Below are positions 50,801 to 62,559 of a stretch of DNA of 64,000 bases, piece after piece. The first letter of the stretch is position 1; each line of letters begins with the position of its first letter. The DNA is taken from positions 484,866-548,865 of the forward strand of contig NMRA01000232.1 of NCBI GenBank assembly GCA_002633005.1. Direction: 5' to 3'. The DNA is from Phoronis australis. Its lineage: Eukaryota > Animalia > Phoronida. Under the pieces are notes generated by a model. That model did not search any database, had not been told where the DNA came from, and saw only the letters and a program-made list of their open reading frames with translations. A program made the translations under genes and the position numbers.

Positions 50801-53314
50801 ATGCAATTTGCGGGTTTAGTTATAACGTAATCCCTAACCTAATTTTCAACATACGACGGCAACCCGCTAACTTAGTTAATACACCAAAACATTATTAATA
50901 TTATGACAGATTGTCCCAAGTTCATTACAACAAAATTAATCGATCACCAATAACCAGATTTTGGGAATATTGGACGTTTTTGAGAATTTGAGGCGTTTTT
51001 AATAGCCGCCTTGACAATTGAGAGCTGCAGTTAACCAATAAGCGTGAACAAACGAGACGTACTTAGAAGAAATGGTTCTCACACAGCGAAACAACTGTTC
51101 TAAACATTACAAACCGTATTCATGTAACTACACCTGTACGTGTTTTACTAATTTCTATATTTGATACTGTTTCATTTTACATTGCAATTAACGAAAATAT
51201 CCCCTGCAATGAAATATCGCCTTAAACGAAGTAAACTTTAAAGAAATTGTTTAATTATGTACCTATCACAAATCTGGCTGCTTCTCGCGATGACATATGG
51301 GTCAAGCTATGTTTGTTACATCTCTACGCCAATATTGCAATAATTCAAAGCGAATACTCAAAACTAAAATTTAGCATGTTGACAGCTACGTTTGAACCCG
51401 ATCGGTCAATCACTGAGCTTTATTTTTCCTGAAAATAAGTTGTCACGTACAAACATGTTTTCCAATGTAGCCACATTAAGATTTCATTAAAAATTTTGAA
51501 CACTAAAATAAAATGTACATACGTATAGTATAAGGCTGAACACCAGCGATATTTAGGCAACTGCAACTGATTCTTAACGATTCCGCATTAGTGTTTATAG
51601 TGAAAAAAACGAAATAAAGACTTTTGCGAAAAGATCGTAAATGGCACGTTGATGATTTACTGGCGTTGTTTCAGATTTAGAAATGGACGTGAAATTGACG
51701 ATCTTGTTTCATTTTTTTCCAAGTGAGCAGAAGGAATTAATGAGTTAAAATACTGTCGAAATACTTGACTTGGCTTGTTTAATTAGAGGTCTGATTTGAG
51801 ATTTGGAGCGCGTAACATTTATACCAGGAACTTCCCCTGAATTAAGTTGGAATGCGCTAACACATTTTCCATACGATATTGGAAGGCACTGGCATCGGCC
51901 GATAGTAAACAAATCACCTGCACCTTCTGTAGGGGATTTGCGGGGGCGGGAGAACCCGCGCGCGTTGTACGTAGATTTCCATTGGAAACGAATAGGGAAA
52001 GAAATTTCACGAAATACAAAACAGATTTTACAACATTCCGACATTTCTCGGTACAATGTGCACCAAAAAGCTTGAATTTTACACTTTGTAATCTAAATGT
52101 AGGTACCGTGGTAATTAACGAGGAGTCAGCGGTGTGCAATGTGCTATTTTGTGACAGTAAAGCATTTCCGCCCTCATTAAAATGTCTTGGACACGGCACA
52201 AACAGATGGATCGTAATTAACATATAGAGACATTTTATAATCATAATCCTCTTGTCTAATGACAAAACTCCATAGCTAATTAGTAGTATAGAATTATTTT
52301 TCTTTCTATGACATGTTTGGCATATTCGTGTATGTCACTAGATTAAAGCGATAAGCCCTCCTTGCATCCCAAAAATTAATTTTCGCCTTTGACCTCTAAA
52401 AATATGAAGTTGGTCTCAAATTGTGATTAAGTCAAATTAAGGGTGATTGGAAAGAACAGAGTGTTCGTGATTTCTTGAGACCTGGCGGATTATCTTAAGG
52501 TTACGTAAGACCTTATCGACAAGTTTTTTGTCAAATACAGAATTTAAATCAGCAAAAGAGTATATTTTCTATGAATTGTAGAAATTCTGTAGAATTTGAC
52601 TTTTAGCTTTATACCAATGTGCCACTTATTAGGTCACGCAACCTTGCTTTCATCTTAGGAAAATTTAGTTAAAAAAGAAAGGTGCACTCGTGGCAAAAAC
52701 AACAGGATCAGTCACGTGACCAACTTTCGGATGATATAATTGAACTAAGATGAAATCTCAGAAGCGCTGTTATAGTTTTCTAAATCGTTGTTTCGTTTTC
52801 GTTTTATGCATCTTGAAAAAATCATAAAAGTCTTATAAGTCCTATTTTGATAGCACTCATGCAAAAGCAGAGCATTTTGAAAACAATTCCTATTTGCGTA
52901 TTGGAGAACACAGAAAAAAAGGATTATGTCTAAATGTTTTATATGAATGCCATCAGCCATTTCTGAGATATGATGTTCGGAAGCTGGCCAAAATTACACA
53001 TTTCTCTGTGGTCCAACATAACCTTAAGCGCTACGCCTGCTATCAAGCAATAACGAACTGCCGGCTCTTTCAGTACTTTGCGAGTCTTCAGCGTTGTAAA
53101 CCTTGATAACTTCCGTCCACATTGCGACTTCTCCTACGTCGTGCCTGGAATGGTGTAACCGTTTTTTTACACGTCAATTTCGACATACGCAGTACACTTT
53201 TAAAACTGAAAATGTTTAAATAGATCGATGGAGTGACTCTTGGAGTTGGGATCTTTTAACAATGTCAGGTCATGAGATTCGACTCTTAAAAAATGCCTTT
53301 TCTTGTCTTTTCAG

Positions 53315-53520
53315 CTATTTCCTCAGAAAGCAGGACTCTCTTTCGAGCACAAAATAGACAACAACTAGACACAGCTTTACACAGACTTGTTAAACGGTTC
53401 AATCCTCAAATGTTCAGTTGCCAATGCGCTTTCACAGTAGGATGCCTAGAAGATTCCGACTGTGCTCCGGGGAAAGTCTGTAGTTACCAGTGCTGTGGAA
53501 TGGTTTGTGTGCCAAGCTGA
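53315..53520 (+). CDS. Coding exon 2: end of signal, propeptide, KR site and 8-Cys WAP/elafin-like mature peptide
   Basis: Acceptor CTTTTCTTGTCTTTTCAG ends at 53314. The phase-1 join G|CT = Ala keeps the frame. Encodes AISSESRTLFRAQNRQQLDTALHRLVKR-FNPQMFSCQCAFTVGCLEDSDCAPGKVCSYQCCGMVCVPS*. A donor GTAAGT follows at 53527. Confidence 0.88.
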
Positions 53521-53589
53521 CCGGAAGTAAGTTTATCTCCTGATTGTTGATACTTTCTTAATTAGTTGATGATCTTCAATTCTACTAAA

Positions 53590-53942
53590 TTTCCTATGCT
53601 CCTTCTCTATAACCTTCTGTCCCCCGAGTTTTTTCATTCTCGTCTTGATATTCTTTATCGTCTTTTTCTCATTTCCAGATTCCTTCTCTCCTCCGTTGTT
53701 GCTGTTCTCCTTTTAGTTCTTTTACTAAAACAATTACCAAGTGAATCCTTTCTGCTTCGACTTTTTCTCTACTTCCTTTGCCTTCTGCTCCCTTTTCATC
53801 ATCATCATCTTTTTTTTCTTCTCGATCATCATTTTCTTCTTCAAATTCCCTTGTTCTCAACTTCAACCGCTCTTTCTCCAGCCATGCTTTTCCTAATTTA
53901 ATTTCTTGGTTTTACTTATGTTTGCGTTTTTTCACTTTTTAG
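53590..53942 (+). repeat. Pyrimidine-rich low-complexity tract within the predicted 3'-UTR intron
   Basis: CT-rich sequence ending in a candidate acceptor TTTTTTCACTTTTTAG (53941-53942). Confidence 0.7.
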
Positions 53943-56900
53943 TGAAAACTGAAGTCGATATTTTTCAACTCTTTCGCCCTCTTTCTGATGCATCATCATT
54001 ATTAGTTTACAGACAATTGAACATAAAATTCTAGTTTAAAATCGGTATTTCGCGACGGGGAGCAACAAAGATTTTGTAAGAACACTATTTCAGAAGCCAA
54101 ACAACATACCGGCTACGTGGTTTTAGTGTTTGTCATCCCTAAGTCTACCCGGCATAACACGTGACTGGTTTAAGCTTTGCTTTGTTGCGTTAAAATGTAA
54201 CTCATGAAGTTTTCGTCTAAAAAGATATGGGGCGAATATCTTTAAAATGGACACCTGGTATCTGTCGCAGCCAGCAATTGTTAACACTTCCGGGGGGGTT
54301 GCAATAATTCTGATGTCAAACCATTACTCGACATTACATTCTTGAGACTAATCCTACAGACACTGCATAGGTTAGCTGGTAAAGTAGAGGTTTACGTTGA
54401 CTTTTTGTTGTCTCTTCACGAACAGGTAGTTAAAAATTTGCACCCCCACAACATTGAAAATAGAATAGCTTTTTATATATTGTATTTATTGATTATCAGT
54501 GTTTTATCATCAAAATGTGAAAGGAAAGATTCCTGAATTCATTGTTACTTTTTATGTCTAACATTACAAAAAGGCCACGTTAACAAGAACATCCATCATG
54601 GTTCTAATACAAATTATTACATTGATTTCATTAATTAGTAACAAGTGCTAGCTCAATATGTGTTCCAGTGCATCCAACATATTCCATTATTTGCAGCACC
54701 ATTCGGAATACCTCGGCTGTTTTCGTAACCTCAAATTATCCCTCGGAAGTCCCTAGAAGCCCAGATAAAGTTCACTTCCGAAGTGAAATTTGAAGCCATA
54801 AAAATACCAGAGGTCTTCCGGATCATGTAGCATGTCTTTATTTTACCGACCAGAAGTATTTGTCTAAATTTCGGTGTACTCCCAATTCTTCGCAATAAAA
54901 ACGAGGCCGGTCGTGTACGTGCCCGTTCCACACGTCGGCAGCGTTGTAATTAGGAGTCACGTAGCGCTCGTGACGTTAAAACTGGTGCGCAGATGTGATT
55001 TGAACATGTTAACGAGTATAACGAAGAGAGATGGGAGAATTCTCGATAACTAACTGTCTGTGTAGCTGGTCCACCGACTGAACTTCTCACAGGGACAGAT
55101 ATTCAAATGTGACTTTTTCACACTAGTACATTATTACAGCAAAGCCCGCTTTTATGACAAAATATGCAACTCTTAATGACACCCCAAAAGACAGCACTTT
55201 CTCCAACAATGCAGTGACATTTGCTTTACAGTTTGTCTCGTAATCAATGATTCCTGTATGCTTCGGTCTAATCTTCATCCAGCATGTACGCATTTTCGTC
55301 TGGTTTTGCCCCCACTGTACGTGCATTGCCACTTTATGGTTTCAGCACTTTGTGTATTGAGAACTAGAGATAACGCACGTGTTCAGTTAGAGATTATTGC
55401 AAATGCAAATCTTCAGCGACACTTCCCGGAAAAGTTCCTTATACTGTCAGAGATAAGACAACCATTTTGCGAGAAACCGGATCCACACCCAATTGGTTGC
55501 ATCCAAACAGCAATCCTGCCAATGAAAGACAAGACAACAATGTAAATTAAAACGGCATGCATTTGCGGGAAAAATGGGTGCCGCCAACTGCGTTAACACA
55601 ATGAATACCGTTTTTAACACGCCCCCAACCTAAACGCTCGGTGAACCGTTTACAAAAGATGTGGGCGTGAACATAACGCTGTGGTTCCAAAAGTACTTAT
55701 TAACACCTCAAATATGCTTCAGTTTAAACATCAAATATCCGTACATACCATTGAACAATACACGACAAACAAGGGATTCTAATTTCCGATTTTCTTATGC
55801 AAAGTACTAAGTAGCCGTTTCTTATCCCAAAAGTGCACCGAACAGTTCGTTTACATTTCTGCACTTGCTCTACGTGTGCGTTGTGTGCAGATCTGGTATA
55901 CAGCGGGTTTACTAATACTTATGATAAGATGAGTATTGGTAGACTGGCTGAAGTGGATTAGCTGTAAAACGAGATATTTTCAAAACCAAGACTCATTCAC
56001 GCACTTTGGCAAAACGTTTATGGCTCTAAACATGTGCGAGCTATTTGAAAATACCTATAAACATACGACAAAATTGTTAGAGTCAATATATATGTAAATA
56101 TTTAATTAATAATATGTTCTTTAACACATCACAGTGTATTGCAGTGCAAAGTTTATTTTCATACCGGCTCAGTGAGACAATATTAGCCCTTAATGTTTTT
56201 ACTTCCTTCACGTACCAAGAACTTTACGTGCGACCAAAACATCAACCAAACTAATAGTTTTCAACGATGACTCTTCATCATGGTAACTGAGTGTCCCATC
56301 TAGGTTAAGGAAAGGTTACAGTGTTGGCGTACACAACGAATCGAAGTGTCCAGTCCACGCAAGAGGCCAGTAGACAATGTACATGTATTCGTAAAATTGT
56401 CGACAAATGAAAAATATTGTTTCTTACAAACCTGTGTCAACACGATTTTGTCATCGTCTGAATTTAACAACCTAGTGTTGTATTTATCGCTGAGAAACAG
56501 GTCCACCGTATGCCCTAGTGAAGCTAATCTATCTATTCTAGCAGTGTCAGTTGTAAGGCAATAATGGGTTCTAGCAGCGAGAAAATCATCAAAAATCGGT
56601 AATATGTGAAAATTGTCATTTGTGCTCAATAACACGGAGTGCGGTGGCGTTAATTTGTACCGAAATGGATAGCTGAATAGTCGTCCGGCTTTGATAAGTC
56701 AATAATGATGAAGCACTTTTATTAAGCGCATCAGGTTCATGTTTGCTCTTTTTCTATTTCCAGATACCAAGAAGAATCGAGGCTATCTTTCCAACCGTCA
56801 CCATTCCCGCACAATCTTGATGACGTCATAAGAATATCGACATTAGGTGGAAAAGAGAGAGCATTGCTATAGTTTAAACATTGATCAGTCAAACAAGTGA

Positions 56901-58336
56901 AATTATTCATGGAAAACATGAAAGGTTGTTGTTTTTGTGAACTTTTCGAAGTAGCATTCAGTGTCATTACATGACAAACATTGTCACATTAAACCCGGTA
57001 TGACGTCATTCGTCGAATATAATTTTATCGAATCTCTATTTGGACACCCGTGAGTTTTCACGCGATAGGGAATCATAATAAAAACAATATTGGATGTTAC
57101 ATTGTAAAGTATTATGAAAGCTTGTTTTAATTTATTACAACATTGTAAATACACGAGTTACTAATTTATCATATTTTGTCTTGTTCTGGCTTACTTTTTA
57201 CCTGAGATGTGGCGTATGTTAAAATGATATTTCAACAAAATTTGTCGGAGAACGTAAGTTACACTATTCACATCCTCGGTGTCCTGTGCGCTTTCGCGTG
57301 TGGAGTTGGCCGCAGTTTGTCCCACTTATGGGTATAGTTGCTTCAGGTACAAATTTAGCAAAAAGTGCCATTCCAAACGTCAACAGATCCGCATCATCTT
57401 GACACCGTGGATGCCACTTGACTGGTTAACTTTTGTTCGTGCACAAGTTACCGTTTGAATAATGCTGACGACAAATGAAAACAAATCACGACCGCAACAA
57501 CTTGGCGCCCAATTGTAATACAATGTAAACATTGGGGTATAGCTGGGACCAGTGCGTTTGTCAGCATGCATGAATGAATGAATATCTTGTGTTTTTTATT
57601 TGCCTGTATTCCAGTAAATTATTATTAAAAGCGCAGGCAAATATAAAAACATTGGCTATTTGATTTAAATTAAATAAGTTACAACAAAGCTAGCGTGCCA
57701 CTGTAATTCAAACAATTGTATTCCATGACGAAATAAATCGAAATTTGTTTAACAGTTGTGTCATGTAAGCGTTTTAATAAACCGGCCGATTGCATTGTTG
57801 TTTGTGTCAACGCTTTCACCGAGTAGCCGGGGAGTTAATACTGTCAATTTCAAAATGACAATGAAGGTCAGTATTTATTGATCTGTAGTGGTCAGAAAAA
57901 CTACAATCTTCACATCTCTACTCAGCAAGAATAACTGTCCGTAGTGTTTTGAACACGATTAGAGTTTTTAGAATTTCCAACAAAGTTGTCACCTCAGTCA
58001 GAAATCGTGTCATTAGTTTTGAAAGCATTTGTCCAGACAAGTAAACCACAGCTGAGTTCCGTAGAATCTCGCAAAGGAAGCTAGTGTGATCATACTCTTA
58101 CACACTTACGAAAAGTAGCACTGCGGAATGACTTTAATAACTTCTCATCGGTTAAACCGACGTCATAACATTCAGTCATTACCATTGGTTGAAATCTGGG
58201 AAACCCCTTTCAGTTTACTGGTACCGAGTATGGCGACCACCTTTGACTTGTTGCAATTTATTAAAACGGCCAGTGATCGAAGTAAACAAAATCAAAGGTA
58301 CCCCGATCCCGTGGCTAAGACCAATCAAGTACACTG

Positions 58337-58496
58337 CAGTGGTGTAGTGGTAAAATTAGAGGTAAGTAGGCGCCCAAAGCCCACCGTATCACATTGAGCA
58401 CTGAACGCAACTTACGGTGCGTAGGCGCTACGTTCAAATGCCAAAAAAAAGGTGGTTGGCTGCGCCTACATGAGCCTACCCCCCACTACAGCACAG
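58337..58496. mobile_element. 160-bp hAT-like MITE
   Basis: CAGTGGTGTAGTGG versus the reverse complement CTGTGCTGTAGTGG, plus an internal inverted GTAGGCGC/GCGCCTAC. No clear TSD. Confidence 0.6.
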
Positions 58497-59180
58497 TGTA
58501 AGTGGTGGCGATGTGTTCAATAAACTTTCGACCAAGCATGTGCATTGATGCCCCTCACACACGGAATTCCCTCTCTCGTTCATCATGTTTCCACAGGGCC
58601 ACTTTTCAGTATAGTTGGCGCTGTGTCAAAGGGTAATCATACTCTTTGCTTAATTGTCATACAGTGCGATATCTCACGACAAGTCATGCACGCCGAGGCC
58701 TGCTTGCATAGCAACTACTGCGCCGCATTTACCACGCGCCACGATGCTGTTTCAACAGTACACTTGACGCCAGTCCACAAAAACTTTCCCAACGCCGAAT
58801 AAGGTTCGAATTTCTTGTAACCCAGCCTCAGATTTTGTAAATTGGGAATGGGCGTTTAGCTGAATGTGGGCGTTCTCGATCAACCGGACAACTAGGGTAT
58901 TAGCATTCGCCGTGACGTGTTAAGCACAGGTAAATCGCATTTGTCTGTGTTAATGAAAGATTTTCAAAGGGATATGTGGAATCAGCGTTGACAGTAAAAC
59001 GTTATGTGGGCTTTTCTCATTAGTTAATAGCCACGGCTGCGAAAGGTGTTGAAAAGCTAACTGAGCACCATATGTACAGGTTTATGTATAAGTACAAAAC
59101 TTGCATACATGCGCGAACGCCAGTCCTCAAATCTAAATGAGACCGTGATAAAAATGTGTGAAACATGCCATATATATGAT

Positions 59181-59668
59181 CATGCGTGCACCCAGCCTTT
59201 AATCAGGGGAGGCTCGAATCTCTTACAAAGTAGACCTTTTGCTATCAAAAAAGCACAGGAGCATCATGCGCGCACCCAGGGGGGGGGGGGCGGCTCAGGG
59301 GGATCGAATGAGCCCCCCCCCATTGGCAAAGTGGGCAAAAAGGTCCGCCCCCGAGAGACAAAAAGTAGAAAATGGGACAAATGTCCACTAAATAAGCGCA
59401 AACGCGCAATTCACAGAGTTGCTCCCGCTTTTTTAAGTCCGCCCGCTCTTTTGTTTGGCAAATGGTCCACAACGTCGGGAATTCAAGCCCCCGCAAATCG
59501 AAGGCTGGGTGCGCGCATGAGGACTTTAAAACGGGGTATCACCTTCAGGTCTGTGAACTGTGCGTCTGCACCTTTTTAGTGGACTTTTGTCTCGTTTTCC
59601 TGGACTTTTTGTTTCTCTGAGGCGGACTTTTTTTACCCACTTCGCCAAATGGGGGGGGGCTCGCATGA
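59181..59668. mobile_element. Nested hAT-like MITEs (inner 59265-59519 inside an older opposite-orientation copy)
   Basis: The inner element has perfect 15-bp TIRs CATGCGCGCACCCAG/CTGGGTGCGCGCATG and 8-bp flanks AGGAGCAT/AGGACTTT. The outer copy begins CATGCGTGCACCCAG (59181) and carries the inner element's left part inverted at ~59600-59663. Confidence 0.8.
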
Positions 59669-62559
59669 TGATGATGCATATGTATGATCGGGTGCTGAAA
59701 ACAAAATACGAATCTCAAACACTGTAGATAACAATTGCACTGTTGTGAAAATAACTGCAAGTAATTCAGCGTTTGTATGTATAGACATATGGAACAACTT
59801 CCTGGCAAAAAGCAAAGCGTTGTCTAACGTAAATGTTACGATCATTGATGGCAAACGAAGCGCTTTCAATGAAATAACGAATTCCGCAATTCGTATCCAC
59901 AACCCTGCATCCTATTTTCCAGTTATGTACGAGATACGTATTTTTGAACACCTGTATGACGAAAAAAATCAAATTTCGATTCATAGCATTTCTCGAGAAA
60001 ATAGAGCTGCTGGCATATGAGGACTGGAGTCCTGGACAAATGGACCACGAATGATTAGTTGAGTATTCAAACAGCAGAACTTCAGATAATAACCTACTTG
60101 AGTTTTACTCCAGTGCAATCAAGGCAGGCCTTAGAAAGGAGGTGAACGTAACATGTGTTTTATAAGGCTGACACCTCATTACTAAAGGCGAAGCTAAGGG
60201 AAATGAGGAATGCGACGAAACTAACGAGAACAAAAACTTCCTAAGCAATCTGACGCCTTTGCGCAGCCCATGTTGTTTACCACAGCATCATACATTTGTT
60301 AGCAAACACGCAAAGCCATGCAGATATAAAAGTGGAACAAGATATTGCAACGTAACGCACGTTCAAAATAGTTGAACATCATTCATTCGGTCAGGCGTGT
60401 CCATGAATCACAACCAGACACATGTTTAATGGTACTATGAACATTCGTATGACTCTGAGGTGATCATCTGAACAGTGATGCAAAATCTCAATTGACAAGT
60501 AGGCTTTCACTACAAATTTGTCACCAATCGTAGTTGGTAATGCAGTAAGGCATTTATTATGCGACATCACGTCCATTTCAAAGTCTCTTTGAAAGTTTAC
60601 ACGTAGCTATCCTAGAAGTATTTGTGCGTCCCCTCGCTCTAAGCTCACTCATCTGAGATGAGTAGTGAGGTTGGTACGAAAGCAAGAATGCATTTATACA
60701 CATATAAATTGTACACATAATTTCAAAAGCAATGTTTTAATTGAATCATTAAAGGTGATTTAATTTACCTGACGTTTTGAAAATCAGTCGGAATTGCTCC
60801 AGTATAGAATTTTCATGGGGATACACACATTAGTTGCAAAAGTATCTTGGATCATTAAACCCATACTTCCACAAAATTAATTCAGACAACTAACTGCTGT
60901 TAAATTAGTCTCAAATTGTTCATATAGGTGTGATTTCTGGGCTTGGAAGAACTGAGAGGTCGTTCCATCTTCATACCAAGCTCAACGTAGCCTGACCTGA
61001 AATTTTATGAGCTTAGTCTGGAACTCAGAGATCACTTCTAAATTGAGTAAGGAAGAAGACAACACCAGTTTTATAACGAAATCAAAACTGGGTTCGGACA
61101 GAATAAGCAATGGTGTAATTCAACTTAAACTTAGAAAAAATATAAATTGATTTTTTCCTTTTCTTTTATCAGGCGTTAAATTTAATCTTTTGAAGGGGCG
61201 CACATAGGTCAGTTTGACGCTGCTCCAACGAAACACGCTTACTCTTAACTTGTAGTTGGGCTTAACTGTCTTTACAATTAACATGTATAGGGCTGGTTCA
61301 TATATCGATTTCCGATATCAGGCCCGATTTAGGCTCGCCACGGTTTACTCCGGCGATATGACGCTTATTCTGATACCGAGCTTACCCTAAGTTGCAGCAA
61401 AATGTGTTCTCCAGATGCAGGGCCCGTACCATAAGTCAAAAACTTACCTTTCTCAGTTGCCGACTCTTGTGGCACATATTTTCGCACTCGACATATATTG
61501 TGGCCTGAGCCGCGGGCGACCATATATGTCGAGTGCGACAATACATGCTGTCACATTGCGATGTCACGGTCACATATATTGTCACCCACCCAAAGCATCC
61601 TCTTTTGGTGAGTTGTGTGACTATGTAGATGTAGGCCAGCGTGATATTGCGTGTAGGCCTGCGTGAAGGCATAGGCAACCAAAACGAAATTAATAATTTT
61701 ACTTTAGGGAGGAGGGGCGTAATTTGCCCAACATTTTCCGATGCTCAAAACCGCTTTAGAATGCACTTCGACGGGATGAAAGAAGAAAAGCCTCATTCTG
61801 AAGACAACCTGATTACTGTGCTTGTATATGCGCTTGTCTAGGCCCGTGTGTCAGTATCCAAAATGATGCGTTTTTTCGAAGTAAATTGTTTACTGAAGTG
61901 TTTACCTTATAGACGCGGCAGCCTGTCCCACGTACAGGTGGATGCCTTGCTGTGGGTATATATCCTTGGCAAAACATTTCGTTTTGAGATTTTGAAGTGC
62001 ATTTTCTAGATTGTAACAAAGATAAGACGTTCTGCTAGGCATGCGTCAATGCGTAGCTAGTATGGCCCTCATGCTGCCACAATATTCCCAGTCGGCACCA
62101 ACTCCACCCCAGGTAGTCACAGAATATCACATTGTCCATACTTTGCTGACTCTCTCCCCCCTCCTCCGATCACCGTCGTGTATCTCATGTATTGTTTTCG
62201 TTTCTCTGCTCATGAGTTACATAATAACTAGGCTTCATTACTGAAAAACTAATGAGAACAATTGTTAATGATGATGTCCTAATTACACTCGCAATCTCAT
62301 AATTATGTACGAACCACGTCTACCGCTAGATGTGTGTGTTGTGAACATGGACCCTTTGTTCCACAACGTTTTCCTGTGTAAAAAAACATTTTGGATCCGT
62401 CATATAATAACGTTACACATACACCGCGTTTATCCTCCGACACCTAGCGTACAAACAATCGCCCTGTACGCGTATTCAGACGAATGCGTCTCTGTTCGAA
62501 CTAAGTTTCGGTCTCAAACGTTTTTTTTGCAAATCGGCCGCACGCCTAAGTGTTAGGAG

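Noticed and set aside
51745-52265. Cluster of four overlapping ORFs in the intron
   Set aside because: No recognisable motif or splice structure. More likely a GC-richer repeat fragment; the possible TAGAGGTC/GACCTCTA ends are too short to call.
53293-53314. ATG at 53293 as the start of the Cys-rich ORF
   Set aside because: MPFLVFS is the translated polypyrimidine tract of the acceptor. The upstream exon supplies a proper signal peptide in the right phase.
53566-53901. Leu/Phe-rich and Glu/Lys-rich ORFs
   Set aside because: Translations of a CT-rich low-complexity intronic tract.
59109-59579. 156-aa ORF with GGGGGSGGS
   Set aside because: Runs through nested MITEs and their G runs; no coding features.
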